A stretch of DNA of 64,000 nucleotides from Hyphomicrobium sp. (GTDB lineage Bacteria; Pseudomonadota; Alphaproteobacteria; Rhizobiales; Hyphomicrobiaceae): assembly GCF_019753045.1 (NCBI RefSeq), contig NZ_JAIELN010000028.1, positions 11,118-75,117 of the forward strand. Direction: 5' to 3'. This document shows positions 27,688 to 36,515 of the stretch, piece after piece. The position numbers and the translations under genes are program-made. Under the pieces are notes generated by a model. It was not told the origin of the DNA and made no database searches. It saw only the letters and a program-made list of their open reading frames with translations. How positions within the stretch are numbered: the stretch's first letter is position 1; each line of letters opens with the position of its first letter.

Positions 27688-28518
27688 ATGCCGTCAACAG
27701 ACGTTCCACGGAATTCAGCATTTGCAAGTTTGGCGCGCGAACCGCTTCTGCACTTTCTGCTGATCGGCGCACTATTGTTTGCAGTCCACGCCGCCGTTAC
27801 GCCATCAGTGAGCAAAGAGCGACTCATCGAAGTGACGCCTGAGGTTCGGCAATCAATCATCGACCTCTACAAAGAGAAGCACGACATCGAGCCGAGCAAA
27901 GCCGAGCTCTCGCGCTTGATCGATAATTGGATCCTCAACGAGGTGACCTATCGCGAGGCTCTCGCACAGGGCCTTGACCGCGGCGACGACATGATCCGCG
28001 AGCGGATCATGCAGAAAATGCGCCTTCTCGTATTTGGCAACGTCAACGTCGAAGAGCCGACCCAACAACAACTTTCGGAATGGTTCGAAGAGCGACGCGG
28101 CCAGTACGACGTTCCAGATTTTGTCAGCTTCTTCGAGGTCCCTTTCACCGGACCGGAAGCCGAAACCCAGGCCAAAACGACGCTTCAACAGATCGAATCC
28201 GGCAGCGAGCCGGAAGAGGTGCGGTTGCGCGCGCAAATTTTTGCCGACCGCCCGAAGCCAAGTCTCGAGTCATCCTTCGGCAAGACATTTGTCGACCAGA
28301 TCGCCGCCCTCCCAGTCGGCAAGTGGACGGCGCTGCAGTCAGCTGCTGGCTGGCATATCATCCGTCTCGACTCTTTCGTTCCCGGCCACGCCGTTCGAAT
28401 GGACGAGATCCAGACCCAGCTCATCAACGAGTGGAAAGACGACCGCGCGCGCCGCCTGGGCGTGGCCGCAATACGCGACATGGCGAAGGCCTACGTCGTC
28501 AAGCGCGGTGAGCCATGA
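27688..28518 (+). CDS. Membrane-anchored parvulin-type peptidyl-prolyl isomerase-like protein
   Basis: N-terminal anchor EPLLHFLLIGALLFAVH and C-terminal rotamase-like VGKWTALQSAAGWHIIRLDSFVPG. The ORF starts at GTG 27592. ATG 27631, 27655 or 27688 are possible starts. Confidence 0.6.
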   Translation: MPSTDVPRNSAFASLAREPLLHFLLIGALLFAVHAAVTPSVSKERLIEVTPEVRQSIIDLYKEKHDIEPSKAELSRLIDNWILNEVTYREALAQGLDRGDDMIRERIMQKMRLLVFGNVNVEEPTQQQLSEWFEERRGQYDVPDFVSFFEVPFTGPEAETQAKTTLQQIESGSEPEEVRLRAQIFADRPKPSLESSFGKTFVDQIAALPVGKWTALQSAAGWHIIRLDSFVPGHAVRMDEIQTQLINEWKDDRARRLGVAAIRDMAKAYVVKRGEP

Positions 28519-29498
28519 TCGGTGCTGCGCGAAACGTGTTCGCCGGTGCGCCAGCACTTTTGTTGACGTTGCTGACCTTCCTCGGCTCCCATTTCTATTC
28601 AGCGGGTACGGCAACGGCTCACGAGGCTTCGATGGCCGTGATGACGCTGCGCGAGATGGCGCCTGGCCGCTACTTCACGCAGTGGACGATGCCGCCGACG
28701 GAACTGAGCTACCATCCGATTTTTCCTGAACACTGCGTCTGGAATGCGCCCGATCTCAACTGTGGAGAAAAGGGCCTGGTCGGTCAGCTCAGTTTTACCG
28801 GCCTCGGCAGCAAGCAATCGGCGGCGATGATCCGGGTCATCACTATGGAAGGCCCGGTCCAAGCCTATACCGTCAGCGCGGCCAATCCTGTCGTGAACGT
28901 CGCTCGCGATCCTGGTCACGATCTGAATGCCTGGCTCGACCTTGCCAACACGTACATCAATCTTGGCATCGATCACATCCTGCGTGGCATCGATCACCTT
29001 CTGTTTGTTCTCGGGTTGATCTGGCTTGTGCGCGGCCCATGGATGCTCGTTCGCACCATCACGGCTTTCACCGTCGCGCATAGCTTGTCGTTGGCCGCAG
29101 CGACATTCGGATGGGTTGGGGTTCCCGAGCGGCCGCTCAATGCAGCCATCGCGCTCAGCATCGTCTTTCTAGGCGTGGAGATCGTCAAGCTTCAGCGCGG
29201 TGAGATAGGCCTCACGGCTCGCTATCCTTGGTTTGTCGCCTTCATGTTTGGTCTTCTGCACGGACTGGGTTTCGCCACGGCGCTCACCACCATCGGTATT
29301 CCGTCGGCGATCCTGCCGATGGCCCTCCTGTTTTTCAATGTCGGCGTCGAGATCGGACAACTCCTCTTCGTCTTACTCGTCCTCGCGCTGATGTGGGCTC
29401 ACCGCACAACGCAATCCATGCTGCCTCAATGGGCTGCGGCGTTACCCGCCTACGTCATCGGTAGCGTCGCCTCATTTTGGTTTCTCTCGCGTATCTGA
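28515..29498 (+). CDS. HupE/UreJ_2-type membrane protein with ~150-aa N-terminal periplasmic extension
   Basis: 327 aa. ATGA overlap with the upstream gene. LGIDHILRGIDHLLFVLGLIWL plus five further TM segments (FGLLHGLGFATAL, FFNVGVEIGQLLFVLLVLAL). Confidence 0.7.
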   Translation: MIGAARNVFAGAPALLLTLLTFLGSHFYSAGTATAHEASMAVMTLREMAPGRYFTQWTMPPTELSYHPIFPEHCVWNAPDLNCGEKGLVGQLSFTGLGSKQSAAMIRVITMEGPVQAYTVSAANPVVNVARDPGHDLNAWLDLANTYINLGIDHILRGIDHLLFVLGLIWLVRGPWMLVRTITAFTVAHSLSLAAATFGWVGVPERPLNAAIALSIVFLGVEIVKLQRGEIGLTARYPWFVAFMFGLLHGLGFATALTTIGIPSAILPMALLFFNVGVEIGQLLFVLLVLALMWAHRTTQSMLPQWAAALPAYVIGSVASFWFLSRI

Positions 29499-29528
29499 AA
29501 GCCAAAGATTTCCCGAAGGAGTAAGGAT

Positions 29529-30140
29529 ATGAAAATCGCTTCGCTCAGAACGAGCTTGGCTTGGGCCGCGATATTCGCGCTCATGCCCCTCGCGCCGGCG
29601 TTTGCGCACACGGGAACGGGAACGTCCGCTGGTTTGCTGTCCGGCTTCATGCATCCGATCACCGGCGTGGATCACCTCGTCGCCATGGTGGCAGTCGGTC
29701 TATGGGGTGCCCAACTCGGCAATCCCGCGATCTGGATACTGCCGATTGCGTTCCCGCTTGTGATGGCGATCGGCGGCCTCTTCGGCGTCTCGGGATTTGA
29801 TCTGCCCTTCACGGAAATCATGATTGCGATTTCAGGAATTGCGCTCGGGCTAGCGGTCGCGATGAATATCCGCCCTCCGCTTTGGGTCGCTGCCCTCCTT
29901 GTAAGCGTCTTCGCTGTTTTCCACGGCTACGCGCATGGACGCGAGCTGCCTGAGGCCGCCGATCCCCTCGCCTTCGGTGTCGGCTTCGTCATCGCCACTG
30001 GCCTCTTGCATCTCTGCGGTATCTTGATCGGCGTACTCACCCGTTGGCCGGTCGGCGCACAGCTCGTTCGCGCCAGCGGCGCCGCGATCGGTGCAATCGG
30101 TGGATACTTCCTCTTGAGCGCAATGGGATTGGTCGCTTGA
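29529..30140 (+). CDS. HupE/UreJ family metal (Ni/Co-type) permease
   Basis: 203 aa. Signal peptide ending APAFA|HTG. Canonical GFMHPITGVDHLVAMVAVGLWGAQLG motif, later FHGYAHGRE. Confidence 0.85.
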   Translation: MKIASLRTSLAWAAIFALMPLAPAFAHTGTGTSAGLLSGFMHPITGVDHLVAMVAVGLWGAQLGNPAIWILPIAFPLVMAIGGLFGVSGFDLPFTEIMIAISGIALGLAVAMNIRPPLWVAALLVSVFAVFHGYAHGRELPEAADPLAFGVGFVIATGLLHLCGILIGVLTRWPVGAQLVRASGAAIGAIGGYFLLSAMGLVA

Positions 30141-30760
30141 AAAAGAGAACGCTGATCCGCGGCTTTGCTGCGGCGCTCGCACTCGTAGGCGTGCCGGCGA
30201 GCGCCGATGCACATCTGATCAACACGACCCTCGGCGACTTTTACGGCGGCGTTCTTCATCCGCTCTCCGGTCCTGAGGACATCGTGCCATGGTTTGCGCT
30301 CGCAATACTTGCTTCTATTCAGGATCCGCGGAACGCACGCTGGCTGTTGTTCGCATTTCCGGTCGCCCTTGTCGGAGGAGCGCTGCTGTCGGTCGTTGCA
30401 CCGGCTCTGTCCATCTCTCCAGCCTGGAACCTTGCAGTCATCGTCGTCACCGGCCTGGCTGTTGCAGCAGCCGCCAAACTTCCCTTTCCGATCTTTTTAG
30501 GACTCGGCACGCTCATCGCTTTGCTGCACGGCTACCAGAACGGCCAAGCGATGACGCGAGACACGGACCGCCTCCTGTTTATCTGCGGGGTCGGAGCTAT
30601 CGGTTATGTTTTCGTCACGTTGATTACGGCTCTCGCCATTTCCTTCCGTCAGGGCGGCAGGGATTGGCGACTGATCGCACTGCGAGCAAGCGGAAGCTGG
30701 GTCGCCGCAGTGGGCGTCATAATGATAGGGTTGCAACTGCGCACTTCGGCCGCCATGTAA
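30137..30760 (+). CDS. Divergent HupE/UreJ-like membrane protein
   Basis: TTG 30137 overlaps the previous stop (TTGA). LKKRTLIRGFAAALALVGVPASADA|HLINTTLGDFYGGVLHPLSGPEDIVPWFALAIL parallels the HupE N-terminus but has ED in place of the conserved DH. LLHGYQNGQ corresponds to FHGYAHG. Confidence 0.6.
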   Translation: MKKRTLIRGFAAALALVGVPASADAHLINTTLGDFYGGVLHPLSGPEDIVPWFALAILASIQDPRNARWLLFAFPVALVGGALLSVVAPALSISPAWNLAVIVVTGLAVAAAAKLPFPIFLGLGTLIALLHGYQNGQAMTRDTDRLLFICGVGAIGYVFVTLITALAISFRQGGRDWRLIALRASGSWVAAVGVIMIGLQLRTSAAM

Positions 30761-31123
30761 GGTAGTCCGCAAGACAGCAGATGACGCTGAAGAAGTCGCG
30801 GACACCGTTATCCATGCGGAAACGTGCCGAACGCGGTGGCGCGCTTGGATCGAATGCAACCAAAATCAAGAACGGAAAATCCGGAAGCAACCATTCGCAT
30901 CCGCCGCGAATTCCTCCAATGACGGGTCGGCGCGCCCGGAGACTTGACGTGGGCTTTCTCGATTTCTCCGGTCACGTCAGCGAACGGGCCAATGAGCAGG
31001 CACTGGTTCACCTTAGGGACCTCGTCTGAGGTGTGCCGGTTGGCGCACATAGAATTAGGTAGTAGAGTTGGATAAGCTGGAACAGCCTGTCTAGTCTTGG
31101 GATTAGTCACGGGATGGCTTGCG

Positions 31124-31909
31124 ATGCTGGAATGCAGTCAGCATCTGCTCACGACGCCGCAGCGGTGCACCGCCCTGGCATGGGCCACACTTGCGGCTTT
31201 CGCTATCGGGCTAGTCTCAGCTTCCGCCGAGGAAACCGACAAAGCGCAAAAGGCGCCGGAGCGGATCGAAACAAACGCGGCCGCTGAAACCTCGCCGCCT
31301 GCGATGACGCTTGAGACATTTCTCGACCGCCTCATGATGGCGGAGTCGAGCGGTCAAGACGGGGCTCGCAATCCGCGTTCCACCGCCGTCGGCCCATTCC
31401 AATTCATCAAGGAAACGTTTCTCGACGTCGTCCGACGGCACTTCGCTGAGGAGACGACATCGCTCTCGGCCGTCGCCCTGCTAGGACTGCGCCAGGACCG
31501 CGCTTTCGCCCGGCGAGCCGCGGAGGCGTATTCAAAAGACAATGCCGCACACCTTGCGAGCGAAGGCCTGGCGACGAGCTTCACAAATCTGCGCCTCGCA
31601 TTCATCGCTGGCCCAAGCGGCGCGGTGCGCGTGTTGCGCGCGCCGCCCCAAGCGAGGGTTTCAACACTGCTCAGCTCCGCTGCTATTGCCGCCAATACTT
31701 TTTTGGCGCGCATGACCGCACAAGAGCTCATTACCAAGTGCGCCCGCGACCTCAATGTCGATCCCGCCAGCGTGGCCGGCATTGCAGCGGACGCCTCGCC
31801 CGCCCGCCCGAGGATTGAGGTCAAGTGCAATCAGAAGCTACCGTCCTGCCGACGCTGGGTGGCACTCCGCTTGGCGCAGCCCGACCGGAACCTCGCGCGA
31901 GATGACTGA
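31124..31909 (+). CDS. Secreted protein with lytic-transglycosylase (SLT/lysozyme-like) motif
   Basis: Signal-like CTALAWATLAAFAIGLVSASA. MMAESSGQDGARNPRSTAVGPFQFIKETF matches the E-S...GxxQ(F/I) catalytic region of SLT domains. The ORF starts at TTG 31097. Confidence 0.6.
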   Translation: MLECSQHLLTTPQRCTALAWATLAAFAIGLVSASAEETDKAQKAPERIETNAAAETSPPAMTLETFLDRLMMAESSGQDGARNPRSTAVGPFQFIKETFLDVVRRHFAEETTSLSAVALLGLRQDRAFARRAAEAYSKDNAAHLASEGLATSFTNLRLAFIAGPSGAVRVLRAPPQARVSTLLSSAAIAANTFLARMTAQELITKCARDLNVDPASVAGIAADASPARPRIEVKCNQKLPSCRRWVALRLAQPDRNLARDD

Positions 31910-32261
31910 AAATCGGAGCTAACCGGTAACGTCAGGAGTAGGTCCATGCGGGGTTCAATTCGCTTTTGGAAGTTGTCCTCATTGCATCGGCCTCGACATT
32001 CACCTTTGGCGCTTCGTTGGCGGCTTTCGATGCAATGCCACCGCCTCCATCGGTTTCCGGTGGTATCCGTTTCCGAACGGCAAGTAACCGAAACCGGTGA
32101 CTTTGTTTTCTGACGTCGCTAAGTGCAACGGGCGATCGCTATCGTCGGGTGAAAAACGTCACGCAGGAAGCAGCGCCTTTCGGAAACCATAAACCTCTTC
32201 CGGCATTCTGTGTTCTGAAGGCTAACGCGTTTGCCTGTCCGCTCCTGCAGGACTATCGATC

Positions 32262-34061
32262 ATGGCCGCAGAACGACACGCAACATTAGTTTACGATGGC
32301 GACTGCGGGATCTGTCGCTATTGGGTAAATTATTGGAAGCAGCAGACCGGCGACCGCGTCGTCTATCGGCCTTACCAAGAGGCCGCGGGGGATTTTCCCG
32401 CCATCCCCCGGGAACACTTCGCACGCGCCATTCAACTCATTGAGCCCGACGGCACGATCTACGCGGGCGCGGCGGCGACCTACAGGACCTTGCGTCACGC
32501 GCCGGGTCGCGCCGCCTGGTGGTGGATGTACGAACACATCCCGGGATTCGCCGCTGTGAGCGAACGGGCCTACGCGTTCTTCGCGCAGCGCAGAGGTCTG
32601 CTTAGCCGGCTTTCTTACTTCTTGTGGGGAGCACACCCGGAGCCCGAACGTTATGAGCTCGTCTCGTGGCTGTTCCTGCGGTTGCTCGGCGGCATTTACG
32701 TCATCGCATTCGCATCGTTAGCGGTGCAAATCCAGGGGCTGGTCGGCGAGCGTGGTATTCGTCCTGCCGCCGAATATCTGAATGCGGCACATCAGGGATG
32801 GGGCGTGTCGGCCTATTGGCAAATGCCGACACTCTTCTGGCTGAATGCCAACGATGACGCGCTCTTCGCGGCGACCGGCCTCGGCATTCTTTTGGGGCTT
32901 CTCGTTGTATTCGGAATATGGACCCGCGCTGCACTGATCGCGCTATTCGTTCTTTACCTGTCGTGCGTTTACGCCGGCCAAATCTTCATGAGCTACCAGT
33001 GGGACTTGCTGTTGCTCGAATCCGGCTTCCTGGCAATTTTCCTGACGGCGGGCTCGCGCATCGTCGTCTGGCTCTACCGCTGGCTCATCTTCCGCTATCT
33101 TTTCATGTCCGGAATCGTGAAGGCCCTCTCCGCGCAGCCGACGTGGCATGATCTCACTGCGCTCAAGTACCATTTCATGTCGCAGCCTCTCCCGACGCCT
33201 CTTGCGTGGTATGCCGCTCAGTTGCCGCCCGGGATTCTTGCGGTCGGCACCGCGGCGACGCTCGTCATTGAGCTCGTTCTCGTGTTTCTGATCTTTCTGC
33301 CGCGCCGGCTGCGTGCATTTGCAGCCTGGTGCATCCTGATATTCCAAACCTTGATCATACTCACGGGCAACTACGGCTTTTTCAACTTACTGACGATTGC
33401 GCTTTGCGTTTTTCTCTTCGATGACGCCGCGATCCGGCACGCTATTCCACAAAAGCTGAGCCTGTGGATCCAAAATCGTGCGCCGCATCCGGGAAAAGCC
33501 GCGACGGCCTGCGCGCTTCTGCTGACGCTGTTGGTTGTCCCTGTCGGTGTCGATCGCATCTTTCAGGCACTCGCATTGCCAAATCTGCCCGTTGTGGATT
33601 CCATAACTCAAGCAATTTCGCCGTTGCTCATCGTCAATGCCTACGGACCGTTCGCAACAACGACGACGAGCCGGCCGGAGATCATTGTTGAAGGTTCGGA
33701 CGACGGTCAGAATTGGCGCGAGTACGACTTCCGGTATAAGCCCGGGCCAATCGATCGCGCCCCGTCGTGGAATATCCCGCATCAGCCGCGGCTCGATTGG
33801 CAAATGTGGTTCGCGGCATACGGCAACTTCGCGCAAAATCCTTGGTTCGAACGTCTGCTTCGACGCCTTCTCGAAGGCAGCCCACCCGTGCTTGCGTTGC
33901 TAGGTCAGAACCCGTTTCCCGACCATCCGCCCAAACACGTGCGTGCGCTTCTCTTCGACTATCGATTTGCCGATCCGGCCACACGCGCCAAGACCGGCCA
34001 GTGGTGGATCCGCCGACAGGAAGGTCTCTATTTTCCAGAAATAAAAGGTAACCAGTCATGA
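32262..34061 (+). CDS. Fusion protein: DCC-type thiol-disulfide oxidoreductase (DUF393) N-terminal domain plus lipase maturation factor (LMF) family polytopic membrane domain
   Basis: 599 aa. LVYDGDCGICRYWVNYW (DCC motif). LMF signatures FMSYQWDLLLLESGFLAIFL and HQPRLDWQMWFAAY. At least 8 hydrophobic segments. Confidence 0.8.
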   Translation: MAAERHATLVYDGDCGICRYWVNYWKQQTGDRVVYRPYQEAAGDFPAIPREHFARAIQLIEPDGTIYAGAAATYRTLRHAPGRAAWWWMYEHIPGFAAVSERAYAFFAQRRGLLSRLSYFLWGAHPEPERYELVSWLFLRLLGGIYVIAFASLAVQIQGLVGERGIRPAAEYLNAAHQGWGVSAYWQMPTLFWLNANDDALFAATGLGILLGLLVVFGIWTRAALIALFVLYLSCVYAGQIFMSYQWDLLLLESGFLAIFLTAGSRIVVWLYRWLIFRYLFMSGIVKALSAQPTWHDLTALKYHFMSQPLPTPLAWYAAQLPPGILAVGTAATLVIELVLVFLIFLPRRLRAFAAWCILIFQTLIILTGNYGFFNLLTIALCVFLFDDAAIRHAIPQKLSLWIQNRAPHPGKAATACALLLTLLVVPVGVDRIFQALALPNLPVVDSITQAISPLLIVNAYGPFATTTTSRPEIIVEGSDDGQNWREYDFRYKPGPIDRAPSWNIPHQPRLDWQMWFAAYGNFAQNPWFERLLRRLLEGSPPVLALLGQNPFPDHPPKHVRALLFDYRFADPATRAKTGQWWIRRQEGLYFPEIKGNQS

Positions 34062-34993
34062 CAAATGCGTGGCCCGACATTCCCTATGCACCATGGAAGG
34101 ATACCTGCGCCACCTTGCATTTATGGACGCAGATTGTGGGCAAGTATCGCCTCGCGCGCGCCCCATGGGTAAACCACTCGTGGCACGCGACGTTCTATGT
34201 CACGTCCCGCGGCCTCACGACGTCCTTGATCCCTGCCGGCAATCGGGGCGTGCAGTTCGACTTCGACTTCATTGATCACAGCCTGATCGGCACCGTCACC
34301 GACGGCTCGAGAGGAGCTTTCGCACTGCAGCCCATGAGCGTGGCTGATTTCTACAAGCGCTTCGGTGAACTGACGGATGAACTCGGAGTAGCGACCACAA
34401 TCGATGGCAAACCAAACGAAATCCCTGACGCGATTCCATTCGCGAGGGACACGATGCATAAGTCCTACGACGCGGATGCGGTGAACCGATTTTGGCATGC
34501 GCTCGTCCAGGTTGATCGCGTGCTGAAGTATTTTCGAACAGGCTTCCTGGGCAAGGTCAGCCCGGTCCATTTGTTCTGGGGCAGTTTCGATCTTGCAGTA
34601 ACGCGATTTTCGGGACGCCGCGCCCCCCTTCATCCGGGCGGCGTTCCTGGGTTGCCAGATCCCGTAACGCATGAAGCCTATTCACACGAAGTCAGTTCTG
34701 CCGGCTTCTGGCCTGGAGGCGGCCCGGTCGACTACCCGGCATTCTATTCGTATGCCTATCCGGCGCCGAACGGCTTTTCATCGCAACGGGTCACGCCCGG
34801 CGAAGCCTTCTTTGACGAGAAGGCGGGCGAGTTCATCCTGCCGTACAGTGTTGTGCAAAACGCGTCCGATCCCGATCAATTGCTGCTGGGCTTCCTCGAA
34901 ACAACATACGAGGCAGCCGCGCGGCTCGCCAATTGGGATCGAGCATCCTTGGAATGTCCACGCGGCCGGATCGATGTCCCGCGACCCCTCTGA
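34058..34993 (+). CDS. Conserved hypothetical protein (DUF5996-like)
   Basis: 311 aa. ATGA overlap with the LMF gene. WKDTCATLHLWTQIVGKYRLARAPWVNHSWHATFYVTSRGLTT resembles the DUF5996 N-terminus. Family name recalled, not computed. Confidence 0.6.
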   Translation: MTNAWPDIPYAPWKDTCATLHLWTQIVGKYRLARAPWVNHSWHATFYVTSRGLTTSLIPAGNRGVQFDFDFIDHSLIGTVTDGSRGAFALQPMSVADFYKRFGELTDELGVATTIDGKPNEIPDAIPFARDTMHKSYDADAVNRFWHALVQVDRVLKYFRTGFLGKVSPVHLFWGSFDLAVTRFSGRRAPLHPGGVPGLPDPVTHEAYSHEVSSAGFWPGGGPVDYPAFYSYAYPAPNGFSSQRVTPGEAFFDEKAGEFILPYSVVQNASDPDQLLLGFLETTYEAAARLANWDRASLECPRGRIDVPRPL

Positions 34994-35137
34994 CATCTGT
35001 CGGTCTGTGCGTGTTAGGGCGTGTCGCCCTACATGGCCTTTAGCTGGCCATGCGCACACGTGCGGAAGTCGTCGACGAGCACCAACGCGACGCGGATATC
35101 GCCCCGCGCGGATGCTCGCCTCGATTCGTTGAAGGAT

Positions 35138-35569
35138 TTATGTCCCAGTGTAGAAGAAATCATCTCCGATTTGTGCATAGTCCGGCCAATCGCCTTCGTG
35201 CACGATCTTGCCTCCGACGATTGTCATCGCTGACTTCATCCATCGAAGGCGGGCATCAGAGACCTGCAGCAGGTCGGCGCTCAATACCGCCATATCGGCA
35301 ACCTTCCCCTCTTCGAATAATCCCTTGTCATCGTCGAAGTTCTGATATGCGCTGCCGCCGGTCCAGATTTTCAGCGCTTCCAGTCGCGTGCGGCGCACGC
35401 ACTTGGACGACAGCGAACAACATGTCACCGACAACGTTCCCGCCACCACCTCTCGGAGTGTGACCGCATGTGATGTCTGCAGCGTAGATTCGACAGCTTG
35501 CTGAAATTGCACTAAAGCAGCTTCATCGGTGGCCATCCTATGAGCGTCGCCGGCAGAGAGTGCATTCAA
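35138..35569 (-). pseudogene. C-terminal remnant of an amidohydrolase-3 family gene
   Basis: Only ~140 codons, with no ATG start (TTG only). EALKIWTGGSAYQNFDDDKGLFEEGKVADMAVLSADLL...MTIVGGKIVHEG matches the last ~100 residues of ~550-aa metal-dependent amidohydrolases. The upstream 400 codons are absent. Confidence 0.6.
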
Positions 35570-35716
35570 GAATTGCTTCCCGCCCCCATTCGAGCTGGAG
35601 CATTGTCATGGCGAAATCCCTGCTATTTCCTGGGCCTGACGACCGGTACGCTGGAGCCCGCGCCCTGGCCGTACGCTGACTTACGCCAGGCAGCAGTTCA
35701 GCGATTGTCGGTCGAT

Positions 35717-36265
35717 ATGGCGTCAAACTTCTCAGATCGGCAAATCATCGAAGTACGCGTGGCGGAGCTCGCTCAACTTTTCAACTCGCTTGATCCTTCG
35801 CCATTCACGGAAAGGGATCTCGACGACAAAGCTGCAGAATATATCGTGGGGTGGGCGCGGGAACTCCCAAGATACGCGAAGCTTGCCATAGCTATTCATC
35901 TTCCCGCATTTGAAGCCAAGAAGGCAGAGGAGCGCGGTCTAAGGTTGGCGCTTCGAAATTACTTCCAACAACGTGCCGAGGCCGAGCAGCGCGAACTTAA
36001 CGAGCTTTTTCGGAACGGGCGCCGTTACGCTGCTATCGGCCTGCCGATTCTCGTCGTCTGCTTCATGTTGAGCCAGATCGTGCGTTCGCGACTTGGCACC
36101 GGTCCTCTTGCCAGCACTATTGCGGAAAGCTTCCTTCTTGTCGGTTGGGTTGCGAACTGGAAGCCAATTGAAACATTTCTCTACGACTGGTGGCCCCTGA
36201 AACGACGCCGTGACCTCTATCGTCGACTCGCTGCGGCCGAGATTGTGATAGAGCCAACAGACTGA
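35717..36265 (+). CDS. Hypothetical membrane protein
   Basis: ~182 aa from ATG 35717 (MASNFSDRQIIEVRVAELAQLFNSLDPSPF...). Two C-terminal TM segments (AAIGLPILVVCFMLSQIV, AESFLLVGWVANW). The ORF extends to 35540 but that part overlaps the amidohydrolase remnant. Confidence 0.5.
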   Translation: MASNFSDRQIIEVRVAELAQLFNSLDPSPFTERDLDDKAAEYIVGWARELPRYAKLAIAIHLPAFEAKKAEERGLRLALRNYFQQRAEAEQRELNELFRNGRRYAAIGLPILVVCFMLSQIVRSRLGTGPLASTIAESFLLVGWVANWKPIETFLYDWWPLKRRRDLYRRLAAAEIVIEPTD

Positions 36266-36515
36266 GTGCGCGGCGATGCAGGCATTCCAGGATCGGTCGA
36301 TTATCTCCCTGAACTGACCAAACACCGAAGCAGACTCATCGTTAACAGACATTGCGGTGCCAGACTGACGGAAGTTCAGGACGATTACCTGGCGATGCCT
36401 GGGGGCGCTGAACTTCGCAGCGGCATCATTAAGCGCACTTCTTCAAGGCACAGGCGGAACAGCTCAAACCCTCATGGGGTTACGTCTGGACACTCCCTTA
36501 AGAAGGTACGTTTGC

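Noticed and set aside
31940-31965. tRNA-like T-arm string GGGGTTCAATTC
   Set aside because: The 3' half of the T stem and the acceptor stem are missing, so no cloverleaf can be drawn. No integrase is nearby, so it is not supportable even as an att-site remnant.
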